Assembly (NCBI GenBank): GCA_963846605.1
Contig: CAWJWS010000007.1
Span: 342,299-406,298, forward strand
Direction of reading: 5' to 3'
Length of the DNA: 64,000 bases
From: an uncultured Pseudomonadota bacterium
GTDB taxonomy: Bacteria > Pseudomonadota > Gammaproteobacteria > Steroidobacterales > Steroidobacteraceae
The notes beneath the pieces were generated by a model, which was not told the origin of the DNA, made no database searches, and worked only from the letters and a program-made list of their open reading frames with translations. The position numbers and the translations under genes were made by a program. Below, piece after piece: positions 17,996 through 27,715 of this stretch (the stretch's first letter is position 1; every line of letters starts with the position of its first letter).

Positions 17996-20443
17996 TCAAT
18001 CACTCCAGGGATCGGCCCCACCGCTGTGCTTGCGGTCGCGCGGGCTGAGGTGGATCACGTGCACCGAGTAGGGTCCCGGTGAAAGTTCGAGAGCGGTGCT
18101 CTCCAGCGTGATCTCCGACTGCTGGAGGTCCGCGGAGCCCTGGCCCGTACGCGCCGCCTCGTCTTGCGGGATGCCGTAGCTGAACACCTTGGCGTTCTCG
18201 CCGCGACGCAATCCCGGCACGGCAATCCGCACGTTCAGCGCGGCGGTCGGATGCTTGTTGATCACCAGCAGGCGCAGACCCTTGTCCGGACCGCGCACGG
18301 CGTAGACGCCGAGGTTGCCGTAATCGCCACTGGCCTGGACCACGTCTTCGCCGCCTCTGGCGTACCACTTCAGAAGCTTGTTGACGTAGAAGGTGGGGTA
18401 GCGATCGGCCGGGCCCGCGGGATCGGCGGCGCTGACGATGCCGTAATCACCGTAGCGGCGCCAGCCGTACAACGACGTGCTGTTGTTGTTGCCGGCTTCC
18501 TGCCCATTGCGCAGGTCCCACCACAACATCGCGTTGAACTCGGTCTTCAGCAGGTTGCCCATCGCGTCGGCGTAGAACAGGCCGTTCACCAGGCTGGTGG
18601 TCTGCTTGCCGGGGTTGCTGAACACCGAGTTGTGTTCGGTGACGGCGAGTTCGACCTTCGGCGAGTTCGGCCCCAGGTAGTCCGTGAGCATGTGCCGCAA
18701 CGCGGTGGCGTCGGCGCCCCAGCTCGCGGCCGAGTTCAGCAGGTAGAGATCGCTCTCGCCGCCGGGGCCCTGTTCGTAGCGGTGATAGACCACGTAGTCG
18801 GGTGTGACGCCGAGCTGGCGCATCGTATCCAGCACCAGCGGCGTCCAGCCCCGGTGTACCTGGCCGGTGCGCGGGTTCGTCACCTGCTGATCCGGGTAGT
18901 TCGCGAAAGCATCTTCGCCGAGTACCACGACCGCGCCGATCTTGATCGACGGGTCCACGGCCTTCATCTGCCGCCAGTACTCCTTGAAGCGCGTGGCGTA
19001 GACGACGGGATCGTGCGGGCGCGTGTTGTTGTCCGCCTCCCAGCTGCCGTAGTTCTCGTTGCCGATTTCCCAGTAGCGCACGTTGTGGCGCTTCACCTTG
19101 TTGGCGTAGCGCACCCAGGCCGCGGCTTCCTCGGGCGTGCCCGTGCCGTAGTTGGCCGTGATGTACACCGCGGCCCGCGTCTCGCCCGCGATCTGGATGA
19201 ACTCGTCGAAGCTCGTGGCCCAGTCGAAGGTCTGGCCTTCGCTGCGGTTGGTTTCCCAGTGATACACGTCCGACAGCGAACCGCCGGGGAAGCGCAGCGA
19301 CTGGTTGTTGAGCTCGGTGAGCAATTGCCGCGTGTTGGGCGACGCGTAGGCGCCATCCCAGACAGCGGCGTTCAGTCCGAACATGCGCCGGTCCACCTTG
19401 CGGATGCGCTGCTTCGGATTGACGGTGGCGTTCACCACGGCGGGCGGGGGCGCGAACTCGAGCGAAACGTCGTCGACGTAGTAGGTAGGCTGCGTGACGC
19501 CGGCGTTCTCCTGCAGCCACAAGCCCGAGAGGTCCGCGACGTTCTCGATGCCGAGCTGCGCGAGCGGCAGCACGATCTCCTGCCATTCCGGCGCGAGCGG
19601 TCCGATGCGCACCGCGGGTTGCGCCACATCGCTGCGCAGCGCGACGACGTTGAGCGTCTGCCCGCCGGTGGCGCCACCGTGGATCCAGAACTTCAGGCTC
19701 TGGTACGCGCCGGTGGGCAGCGCGGGATGCTGCAGGTACAGCGCTTCGAAGCCATCTGCGGTGACCGCGATCGAGCTCGTCCCGGTGTGCACCGTGGTGG
19801 CGCTGCCCGTGCTGACGCTGGCCCAGCTCCAGTTGTTCCACCCGTTGACCAGCGAGTCCTGGTAGATAGCCATGCCGTTGACCGGCGGCGGCGGCGTGGG
19901 CGGCACTCCGGACTCCAGCACCACGTCGTCCACATAGAACGTGGGGTCGTTCACGCCCGAACCCTGCTGGATCCAGAAGCCGTTCACGTCAGTGCGCGCG
20001 TCGGCGCCCAGCGAGCTCAGCGGCACGATGATCTTCTGCCAGGTTCCGGCCGCGGGTGTGGCCACGCGGACACCGGCTTGCGGCGCGTCGTTGACGACGG
20101 CCACCACCTGCAGGGTCTGGCCGCCAAGGTCGCCGCCATGAACCCAGAACGTGAGGTTCAGATACCCATTCGTGTTGACCGGCGCATCCGCGGATCGCAG
20201 GTACAGCGCGGACCAGGCCGCGGGCGTGACGGCGATGGATACCGACCCGGTGTGCGCTTGCGCGGTGCTGGCCGTGTCGACCGTGGCCCAGCTCCAGTTC
20301 TGCCAGCCGGACGCGAGCGCTTCATCGAAGATGACGCGATCGGTTTGCGCCCAGGCCGCGGATTGCAGGCCGAGCAGCAGCGACAGAACGAGCAAGCAAT
20401 GAGACAGGCGCGACCGCGCCGCCGAAACGATCCGTGTTTTCAT
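17996..20443 (-). CDS. Secreted glycoside hydrolase (clan GH-A-like catalytic domain) with two tandem N-terminal CBM-like modules
   Basis: Lies within ORF 17996..20704. The signal peptide starts at the internal ATG 20443 (MKTRIVSAARSRLSHCLLVLSLLLGLQSAAWA). Two modules of about 140 aa each contain GW(Q/N)NWSWA. The catalytic part has LRFPGGSLSDVYHW and RYWEIGNENYGSWE. Confidence 0.8.
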   Translation of the reverse strand: MKTRIVSAARSRLSHCLLVLSLLLGLQSAAWAQTDRVIFDEALASGWQNWSWATVDTASTAQAHTGSVSIAVTPAAWSALYLRSADAPVNTNGYLNLTFWVHGGDLGGQTLQVVAVVNDAPQAGVRVATPAAGTWQKIIVPLSSLGADARTDVNGFWIQQGSGVNDPTFYVDDVVLESGVPPTPPPPVNGMAIYQDSLVNGWNNWSWASVSTGSATTVHTGTSSIAVTADGFEALYLQHPALPTGAYQSLKFWIHGGATGGQTLNVVALRSDVAQPAVRIGPLAPEWQEIVLPLAQLGIENVADLSGLWLQENAGVTQPTYYVDDVSLEFAPPPAVVNATVNPKQRIRKVDRRMFGLNAAVWDGAYASPNTRQLLTELNNQSLRFPGGSLSDVYHWETNRSEGQTFDWATSFDEFIQIAGETRAAVYITANYGTGTPEEAAAWVRYANKVKRHNVRYWEIGNENYGSWEADNNTRPHDPVVYATRFKEYWRQMKAVDPSIKIGAVVVLGEDAFANYPDQQVTNPRTGQVHRGWTPLVLDTMRQLGVTPDYVVYHRYEQGPGGESDLYLLNSAASWGADATALRHMLTDYLGPNSPKVELAVTEHNSVFSNPGKQTTSLVNGLFYADAMGNLLKTEFNAMLWWDLRNGQEAGNNNSTSLYGWRRYGDYGIVSAADPAGPADRYPTFYVNKLLKWYARGGEDVVQASGDYGNLGVYAVRGPDKGLRLLVINKHPTAALNVRIAVPGLRRGENAKVFSYGIPQDEAARTGQGSADLQQSEITLESTALELSPGPYSVHVIHLSPRDRKHSGGADPWSD

Positions 20444-20622
20444 GAGGTCCCCCTGAGCTCCGACGATGCGGAGTTGGCGGATTGAATCACACGTCCGCGC
20501 CAGGTGTAAGACAGCAAACGCCCTGACGGCCTCCTGACAATGGGCGACATCAGGACAACGCGGGGACATCGGTGCGGCGCACGATCTATGATGCGGCCAA
20601 CTCCCGCACTTTCCGGAACGCC

Positions 20623-22449
20623 ATGACCACCCGTCGTGATTTCTGCATCGGCACCACCGCCACGCTCGCCGCCGCTTCGCTCGCGCAGGGCGCCACGAAA
20701 TCAACCGGCGATGCCGCCGCGGAGAAAATGCTCAGCGGATTCACGGAGGAACTGCTGGTCGAGTATCCCGAGAGCGCGACGATGCTGGGCATCGATACCG
20801 GCGCTCGCGCACTGCTGAAGTCGCGGTTGTCGGACCGATCGGCCGCCGGGCAGAAGGCCATCGCGCTGGGCGTGGCGCGCAGGCTCGAACAACTCAAGGG
20901 CCTGGATCCCGCGGCGCTGGGCACCGCGGCGCGCATCGACGTGGACGTGATGCGCACCGCGCACGAGTTCGCGCTGGAAGGTTTCGCGTTTCCCTACGGC
21001 GACGTGGCGCTGCTCAACTCGCAGTGGTCCTGGCGCAATGCACCTTACGTGGTGGCCCAGAACACCGGCGCCTTCCTGGAAATCCCCGGCATGCTCGACG
21101 AGCAGCACACGGTGCAGTCCGCCGCCGATGCCGAGGCGTACCTGGCTCGCCTCGAGGCTTACGCGGGCCAGCTCGATGGCGAGACCGGCCGTCTCCACGA
21201 TGCGGCCGCGCAGAACGTGATCGCGCCGGACTTCCTGCTCGACAAGACGCTGAAGCAGATCAAATTGGCGCGCACGGGTGAGGTCGCGCAGTGGTCGCTG
21301 GTCACGGCGTTGCGCAACAAGACCACGAACATGGCGGGCGAGTTCGCCACGCGCGCCGCGAAGCTCGCGGCCGACAAGATCGCGCCGGCGCTGGATCGCC
21401 AGATCGCCGAGCTCGAAGCGCACCGGCGCCGCGCCACCGCCGATGCCGGCGTCTGGAAGCTGCCGCGCGGCGACGAGTACTACGCCTGGGCGCTGCGCGC
21501 AGGCACCACGACGCGCATGACTCCGGATGAAATCCACCAGCGCGGCCAGGACGAACTGGCGGCGCTGCAATCGGAGATGGATTCGATCCTGAAGAAACAG
21601 GGCCTGGCACAGGGCACCGTGGGCGAGCGCATGACGGCGCTGGGCAAGGACCCTCGTTTCCTCTTCGACGAAAGCGATGCGGGCCGCGCCAAGCTCATGG
21701 CCTGGCTGCACGAACGTGTGGCCGACATGCGCAAGCGGCTGCCGCGCGCCTTCGCGACGATGGTCCCCGGCAATTTCGAGATCAAGCGCATGGCGCCGGA
21801 GGTGGAGCCGGGCGCACCGGGTGCCTACGGCGGTCCGGGCACCATCGATGGAAAGGTGCCCGGGAAGTTCTGGATCAACATGCACCGGATGAGCGTGTTC
21901 ACCACCTACAACACGCCGACGCTCACGTATCACGAATCCATCCCGGGGCATGTCTGGCAGGGTGAGTACACCTTCAAACTACCGCTGGCGCGCTCACTGC
22001 TGGCGTTCAACGCCTACTCGGAAGGCTGGGCGCTGTACGCCGAGCAGCTGGCCAACGAGCTGGGCGTGTATGACGACGATCCGTTCGGCCGGCTCGGCTA
22101 CCTGCAGTCGATCTCGTTCCGCGCTTGCCGCCTCGTGGTGGACACGGGCTTGCACGCCAAGCGCTGGACGCGGCAGCAGGCCATCGACTGGTTCGCGCGC
22201 ACCAATGGCTCGAGCGTCGAGGAAGTCACGGGTGAAGTGGATCGCTACTGCGCCTGGCCGGGCCAAGCCTGCGGGTACAAGGTGGGGCACAGCGAGATCA
22301 ACCGGCTGCGCGATCACGCGAAATCCGTGCTGGGCAAGCGTTTCGATTTCCGCCAGTTCAACGATGCCGCCGTCACGGGTGGCGGCGTGCCGATGCTCAC
22401 ACTGGCGCGCAACATCGACGCGTTCATCGCGAGCCAGCGCCCCGGCTAG
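20623..22449 (+). CDS. DUF885-family protein with a Tat-type signal
   Basis: Lies within ORF 20572..22449. The internal ATG 20623 gives MTTRRDFCIGTTATLAAASLA. The family C-terminal region has YHESIPGHVWQGEY...VDRYCAWPGQACGYKVG. Confidence 0.85.
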   Translation: MTTRRDFCIGTTATLAAASLAQGATKSTGDAAAEKMLSGFTEELLVEYPESATMLGIDTGARALLKSRLSDRSAAGQKAIALGVARRLEQLKGLDPAALGTAARIDVDVMRTAHEFALEGFAFPYGDVALLNSQWSWRNAPYVVAQNTGAFLEIPGMLDEQHTVQSAADAEAYLARLEAYAGQLDGETGRLHDAAAQNVIAPDFLLDKTLKQIKLARTGEVAQWSLVTALRNKTTNMAGEFATRAAKLAADKIAPALDRQIAELEAHRRRATADAGVWKLPRGDEYYAWALRAGTTTRMTPDEIHQRGQDELAALQSEMDSILKKQGLAQGTVGERMTALGKDPRFLFDESDAGRAKLMAWLHERVADMRKRLPRAFATMVPGNFEIKRMAPEVEPGAPGAYGGPGTIDGKVPGKFWINMHRMSVFTTYNTPTLTYHESIPGHVWQGEYTFKLPLARSLLAFNAYSEGWALYAEQLANELGVYDDDPFGRLGYLQSISFRACRLVVDTGLHAKRWTRQQAIDWFARTNGSSVEEVTGEVDRYCAWPGQACGYKVGHSEINRLRDHAKSVLGKRFDFRQFNDAAVTGGGVPMLTLARNIDAFIASQRPG

Positions 22450-22452
22450 CGG

Positions 22453-23205
22453 TTACTCGCTGCGCGTGGGCGTGTCGTAGCTGACGCCGCCGCCTTCGTC
22501 GACGTAGACGCCCGTGTAGCCCTTGTCGGGGCCGTAGGTCTTCTTGCTCTCGTAATACGATGAGCCGCCGTCGCTGCCGAACGCCGTGTAATCCGTGGTG
22601 TACGACCAGGGATTGTTCTTGTAGTGAGACGAGTTCTTGCCGCGCTGGAGTTGCGCAACCATCACGCGGAAATTTCCCAGGGGCACGGCGCTGCCCTCGG
22701 CGCCGAAATTCCCATCGGCGCTCGACCAGTAGCGGCCGGGTTGGCTGCGGGTGCCGTAGGCGGCGAACAGTCGATCCACGTTCTGGATGTCGACGGCGTG
22801 AAGTTCACGGCCATTGATGAACACTCCGGTGCCGCCGCCGGACGCATCGCTGGCGAGTGTGCCGCCCAGCGGCTCGCCCGGCATGATCACGCCCAGTGCG
22901 GGTCCGCCGATTTCACCCCAGAGACCATTGCGTGAGTCATACCAGTACTTGCCGGGCTTGATCGGAACGCGATAGCGCGCCTGGAGCTCCGCCAGCTGGC
23001 TTGGCGGCACGGTCACGCCATTGACCTGCACCACCGGCGATTGCGCGGGTGGGGCCTCGGCGGCAGTGGCGGGGTGGGAAGTCGTGCTGGCCGGCGGCAT
23101 GGGTTGCTCAGCGGGCGTGGGTGCAGCGTTGCCGCATCCGGCAAGCGCCGTCATGCCGATGGCCGCCAGGGCAAACAGGGCCAGTGCTAACAGGGAATGA
23201 TTCAT
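22453..23205 (-). CDS. Lipoprotein, unknown function
   Basis: 250 aa with the lipobox LAGCGN, a Pro/Ala linker and internally repeated (Y/R)YW..(R/A)(N/D)G.(W/F)G motifs. Confidence 0.7.
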   Translation of the reverse strand: MNHSLLALALFALAAIGMTALAGCGNAAPTPAEQPMPPASTTSHPATAAEAPPAQSPVVQVNGVTVPPSQLAELQARYRVPIKPGKYWYDSRNGLWGEIGGPALGVIMPGEPLGGTLASDASGGGTGVFINGRELHAVDIQNVDRLFAAYGTRSQPGRYWSSADGNFGAEGSAVPLGNFRVMVAQLQRGKNSSHYKNNPWSYTTDYTAFGSDGGSSYYESKKTYGPDKGYTGVYVDEGGGVSYDTPTRSE

Positions 23206-23305
23206 GGGTCCTCACGTGGGCTCGGGTCTCGCCGGGTCGGAGTCGTATTCCCTGCAGTACGGAATCCGGACGCGTATCCGGCCACGTCACGCGCGGAGCG
23301 CCGGA

Positions 23306-23698
23306 TCAGCGTGAGGTTGTCTTCTGCCGCGGCTGGGCGATGTCGTATCCCGAGCGAAGCTGCCAGGTGCCGGATTCCCTCGCGAAAAACCGCACACGCC
23401 AGAGGCAGCGTCCCGATTCACAAGAGTGCATCGAACAGCTGCCGATCTCGCGTTTGGTCTTGTTCCTGAACCAGAGCGTCGACGCCTTTTCGGCACGAGC
23501 GGCGACACCCTCGAATTCGAAGCCCGGAAACTTGCGCCAGATTCCGCGGCCCGCCCAGCCGGGCCGTGCGATGCGGATCCAGTCCGGATCGTTCGCGAAT
23601 CCGCGCTCGCAGGAGGTAATGGAATCCGCGTGCGTGCCCCAGGACGCGCAGCCGCTCGCGAGCACGCAAACACACAACAGGGCGCCGAAGCGGAACAT
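23306..23698 (-). CDS. Small Cys-rich lipoprotein, unknown function
   Basis: 130 aa with MFRFGALLCVCVLASGC. Confidence 0.6.
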   Translation of the reverse strand: MFRFGALLCVCVLASGCASWGTHADSITSCERGFANDPDWIRIARPGWAGRGIWRKFPGFEFEGVAARAEKASTLWFRNKTKREIGSCSMHSCESGRCLWRVRFFARESGTWQLRSGYDIAQPRQKTTSR

Positions 23699-23927
23699 GC
23701 GTGGATGGTAGTCAAACTAGTCGCGCAACGGAACTCGGGGGCGTCGGCACTGGCTGACAGGTACGCCAAGCCTGCCAGGCCGGTATCACTCGTATCTCCC
23801 CCTAACGGGAGACCCGTTCTCTGCACTTCTGACCGTCGTGGAATGGACCCGCTGGATGCCAGCATTCATGCATCCGGCGATGGGTGCACCGCGTGCTCCT
23901 CGCCATCAAACAGAAGTGAGGGCGATC

Positions 23928-25019
23928 GTGAAGTCCGTGGTCTCGAAGTGGTTGGCAGTGCTGTTCCTGGTGGCGTCTTTCGCGCCCGGGGCGAACGCGG
24001 CTGATCCCGGCTTCCACGGCCTGCTTCGCGGCCGCGACATGACGCCTTTCGGTTACCTGCGTCTCGACATGCGGCCAGGCTCTCCGGGCGATCTCGAGCC
24101 CGGCCACTGGAACATCGAGACCGATTTCGGATACCAGAACACCTGGGCCACGAGCCCGGAGGTCGAGAAATACCTGAACAAGCTGCCGGGCCGGCGCGAG
24201 CTGGGCGCGGCGGAGCTGCAGGCCATCCGCGATCTGCCCGGCGAGAACTATCTAGTCGACCTGGAGCTCGCGCAGTTCGACGTGGCGCTGAATTACCAGG
24301 TCACGGACAAGTGGGGCGCGTACGTGATCCTGAGTGGCGCGTCGTTCGGCGGCGGCATGCTCGACGGCGCCATCGAGAACTTCCACAAGCTCATCGCCAA
24401 CCCCACTTTCGGCCGCCCGGCGACTTCGCGCAACGACTACAACGTGCTGTTCGACCTCAAGTCGACCCAGTACGCGGCATTCGAGGAACCCAGCCATGGA
24501 GGTTTGCTGGATCCCGTGGTGGGCGTGCGCTACACGCAGAACTTCAACGACGAACGCTGGAAGCTCACGCTGGAGTCGGCCATCAAGGTGCCGCTCTCCA
24601 GCCGCGACAAGGCGCTTTCCACCGGGCACACCGACGTGGGCCTGCAGGCCAGCCTGCAGCGACGCTCGGGACGCCACGCCTTCTACCTGAACGTGGCGGC
24701 GGTGTACTACGCCGGCATGGAGAATCTCGTGACAGAGCCCAAGCGCATCCTGCCGACACTGGTGGCGGGCTACGAGCGCCGGCTCACGCCGCGCACCAAC
24801 CTGATCCTGCAGGGGTATGTGAGCGAGAGCGTGTATGAACGCGAGCAGACCGGCCTCAGCGAGCTCACCGGCACCAAGATCCTGCTGAGCGGCGGCGTCC
24901 ATCATCGCCGCGGCCCGCACCTGCTGACGTTCGCGCTCACCGAGAACATCGGCAACATCAACAACACGCCGGACATCGGCGTGCAGTTTGGCTGGAGCAT
25001 CAATCCGGGCTGGCGTTGA
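23928..25019 (+). CDS. Secreted protein, probable outer-membrane beta-barrel (possibly DUF3187-like)
   Basis: Lies within ORF 23838..25019. The in-frame GTG 23928 (VKSVVSKWLAVLFLVASFAPGANA) is preceded by GAGGG. The sequence has alternating beta-strand character and an aromatic C-terminus (QFGWSINPGWR). Confidence 0.65.
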   Translation: MKSVVSKWLAVLFLVASFAPGANAADPGFHGLLRGRDMTPFGYLRLDMRPGSPGDLEPGHWNIETDFGYQNTWATSPEVEKYLNKLPGRRELGAAELQAIRDLPGENYLVDLELAQFDVALNYQVTDKWGAYVILSGASFGGGMLDGAIENFHKLIANPTFGRPATSRNDYNVLFDLKSTQYAAFEEPSHGGLLDPVVGVRYTQNFNDERWKLTLESAIKVPLSSRDKALSTGHTDVGLQASLQRRSGRHAFYLNVAAVYYAGMENLVTEPKRILPTLVAGYERRLTPRTNLILQGYVSESVYEREQTGLSELTGTKILLSGGVHHRRGPHLLTFALTENIGNINNTPDIGVQFGWSINPGWR

Positions 25020-25034
25020 GTTAATCTCGGTGGC

Positions 25035-25901
25035 ATGACCACCGGACAAACCGCGTACTCGTTGTTGCTAGTCTGCCCCGATCGCAAGGGCATCGTTGCC
25101 GCCGTTGCCGGCTTCCTCGCGGAGCGCGACGCCTCCATCTACGAGGCCAAGCAGTTCAACGACCAGCTCACGGGCCGGTTCTACATGCGCGCGGTGTTTT
25201 CCTCGGTGGGGCCGAAGTTTCCGGCGCTCGAGTCCATGCGCGAGCAGTTCGGCGCCCTGGCACGGCAGTACGAGATGACCTGGCAGATCGAGGACGTGGC
25301 CAAGCGGGTGCGCGTCCTGATCGCGGTGTCCAAGATGGGGCATTGCCTGCAGGATCTGCTGTATCGCTGGCACTCGGGAGTGCTGCCCGTGGACATCGTC
25401 GGCGTGGTGTCGAACCACCCGGACATGCGCGGGCTCGTGGAATGGCACCGCATTCCGTTCCACCACCTGCCCGTCACGCCGGAGAACCGCGCGCAACAGG
25501 AGGCGGCCCTGCTCCAGTTGTTCGCACAGCACGATGCGGACCTGCTGGTGCTGGCGCGCTACATGCAGATTCTCTCGAACGAGACCAGCCGCAAGCTCAC
25601 CGGCCGCTGCATCAACATCCACCATTCCTTCCTGCCGAGCTTCAAGGGCGCGCGGCCGTACCACCAGGCCTATCAACGCGGCGTGAAGATCATCGGCGCC
25701 ACGGCCCACTATGTGACCGAGGATCTCGACGAAGGTCCGATCATCGAACAGGCGGTGGAGCGGGTGGGGCACGAGCACACGCCCGAACGTTTCCAGGAGA
25801 TCGGCCGGGATCTCGAGGCGATCGTGCTCGCGCGCGCCGTGCGCTGGCACGCCGAGCGGCGGATCCTGCTCGACGGCCAGCGCAGCGTGATTCTCAGCTG
25901 A
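25035..25901 (+). CDS. purU: Formyltetrahydrofolate deformylase
   Basis: 288 aa. The ACT domain is LLLVCPDRKGIVAAVAGFL, and the formyltransferase core is INIHHSFLPSFKGARPYHQAY...ATAHYVTEDLDEGPII. Confidence 0.95.
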   Translation: MTTGQTAYSLLLVCPDRKGIVAAVAGFLAERDASIYEAKQFNDQLTGRFYMRAVFSSVGPKFPALESMREQFGALARQYEMTWQIEDVAKRVRVLIAVSKMGHCLQDLLYRWHSGVLPVDIVGVVSNHPDMRGLVEWHRIPFHHLPVTPENRAQQEAALLQLFAQHDADLLVLARYMQILSNETSRKLTGRCINIHHSFLPSFKGARPYHQAYQRGVKIIGATAHYVTEDLDEGPIIEQAVERVGHEHTPERFQEIGRDLEAIVLARAVRWHAERRILLDGQRSVILS

Positions 25902-25915
25902 TCCGCTGTTGAACT

Positions 25916-27715
25916 TCAGCGGCGGCGGATGGCCTCGTGGAAGCGCCACTGGCTGCGGAAATCCTTCGTGAGCGGCTGGCCCGTGAGCCGCGCGCGCACC
26001 AGTTCGATGGGCATGGGCCCGCCGATCAGGATCGCATCGTGGAAATCGATGGCCGTCATCTTTCCGGACTCCACGAGTTCGCGGTACAGGGCGCGGATCT
26101 GGAGTCCACCGAGAAGATAGGCCGCCTGGTACAGCGGCGGGGCGGCTTGCGCGCTGCGCCGGACCTCGGCCTCGGCATTGGCGCGTTCGTGTCCCACGCG
26201 TTCGACCAGGAAATCCACGCACTGCTGCGGCGTCCAGTTGCCCAGCTGGTAGTTCAGCGAGAACACGATGCGGGCCGCGCGATGCGCGCGCCAGAACAGC
26301 ATGCCCATGCGGTCCGGGTCGTTGCGCGGGAAGTCCTGGTCCCAGAGCTGCAGCTCCCAGTAAAGCGCCCAGCCCTCGCGCCAGAAGGGAGTTTCGAACG
26401 ATGCGTCACGGTGGGTATTGAACCGCTCGTTCATCCAGCCCTGGTAGTGATGGCCCGGTACCAGTTCGTGCTGGACGGTGGGGAAGTTGAAGTGCGGAGT
26501 GTTGCCTCGCTGGCTCATCAGCCGGTCTTCGAAGCTCATGGTATCCGTGGGATAAGAAAGCCGCGTGACTTCGCCGCCCGTGAAGAACGGGTTGATGAGC
26601 TGGCGCTCGGGCGTCTGCATCGCAAGCCTCCACACCTCGCGCGCCAGCGGCGCCAGCGTGATGGTGTGCTTTTTCGCGATGAAGTCCTCCGAGTAGTTCG
26701 CGATGTCGTAGATCGCCCACGGCGCTTCCCCCGGCGCCGGTGCCAGGTTCTTGGTGTGTTCGAGCGCCGCCTTCCAGTCGTCGCCGTAGCCCATGCGCTT
26801 CGCGACGATGTGCAGCTGCTCGTCGATCCATTTGAACTCCTGCTCGCCGATGGCGATGAGTTCCTGCGGGGTGTACGGGATCATCTCCACCGCGAGATCG
26901 GAACGCAGGCCCTCGGCCAGCACGGGGTCGCCGAGGATGGGCGCCTTGCCTCCGGGCTTGAGACCGAGCAATTCGCTGCGGATCGCCTCCGAATAGGCCT
27001 GCAACGCCGCGTCGGCCTCCGCGTAAGGCTTGCGTGCCCACCAGGAGTAGTTCGGGTCGTAGCCCTCGTAGAACGTGTGGAAGTCCTTGAGTACCTCGCG
27101 CAGTTCATGGATCTGCGCTTCCGCGCGGATCGCGACCGAGCCCGCGGGCTTGCGCGCGGCGTTCTTGGCATTGGCGGGCGGCGGTTCCTTGAGAGCCCGG
27201 GTGAGTTCGCCCGCGCGTCGCGCGAGTTTGTCGAGCGTGGCGCCCGCGGCTCGCGGATCGACGCGCTTGCGATCGTACCGCTGCTCCTGCAGCAGCCGTA
27301 TGTCATCGAAGAAGGGCAGCAGCGGCGCCATCTGCGCGGCACGCGCATCTTCGAGCTTCAGGCGCTCGAGGTCGTAGTCGATGCGGTTACGCAGCGCGAT
27401 GTAGTCGATCCTGCCTTCGGCATTCAACGACGCGAAGTCCAGCGCCGCGAGACGTTCACGCCAGCCCTCGGCGAGCTTGCGAAGGCGCGCGGTGCGCGCC
27501 GGGGAGTAGTCCACCGGGAAGCGTCTCTGGAGGCCGGCCACATCCTGCGTGTACCGCTGCACGGCCACGCGCAGGCTGCTTTCGCTGCGTGCGAATTCCA
27601 CGAGCGTCGCAAGCACCGGCGGATCGTCGGCCCATCCCGCGGGCAATGTCACGCGGCTTTCCTGCGCGACGGCGACCGCGGGGACGAGCGCCAGCCACCA
27701 AACAACTCTATTCAT
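25916..27715 (-). CDS. DUF885-family secreted protein (paralogue of 20623..22449)
   Basis: 599 aa with the signal MNRVVWWLALVPAVAVAQ and VQHELVPGHHYQGWMNERF. Confidence 0.85.
   Translation of the reverse strand: MNRVVWWLALVPAVAVAQESRVTLPAGWADDPPVLATLVEFARSESSLRVAVQRYTQDVAGLQRRFPVDYSPARTARLRKLAEGWRERLAALDFASLNAEGRIDYIALRNRIDYDLERLKLEDARAAQMAPLLPFFDDIRLLQEQRYDRKRVDPRAAGATLDKLARRAGELTRALKEPPPANAKNAARKPAGSVAIRAEAQIHELREVLKDFHTFYEGYDPNYSWWARKPYAEADAALQAYSEAIRSELLGLKPGGKAPILGDPVLAEGLRSDLAVEMIPYTPQELIAIGEQEFKWIDEQLHIVAKRMGYGDDWKAALEHTKNLAPAPGEAPWAIYDIANYSEDFIAKKHTITLAPLAREVWRLAMQTPERQLINPFFTGGEVTRLSYPTDTMSFEDRLMSQRGNTPHFNFPTVQHELVPGHHYQGWMNERFNTHRDASFETPFWREGWALYWELQLWDQDFPRNDPDRMGMLFWRAHRAARIVFSLNYQLGNWTPQQCVDFLVERVGHERANAEAEVRRSAQAAPPLYQAAYLLGGLQIRALYRELVESGKMTAIDFHDAILIGGPMPIELVRARLTGQPLTKDFRSQWRFHEAIRRR

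Noticed and set aside
18164-20485. 773-aa ORF on the + strand
   Set aside because: It is antisense to the glycoside hydrolase gene. The composition is Arg/Ala/Gly/Val-rich and typical of high-GC shadow frames, and it has no recognisable domain. The - strand product has a signal peptide and conserved GH motifs.
20444-20704. N-terminal extension of the glycosidase ORF
   Set aside because: A canonical signal peptide begins at the internal ATG 20443. The extension is Arg/Trp/Cys-rich and overlaps the start region of the divergent DUF885 gene.
25903-25922. Hairpin CCGCTG-ttgaactt-CAGCGG between purU and the convergent DUF885 gene, considered as a bidirectional terminator
   Set aside because: The stem is only 6 bp, there is no U-tract on either strand, and the right arm lies inside the DUF885 coding end.
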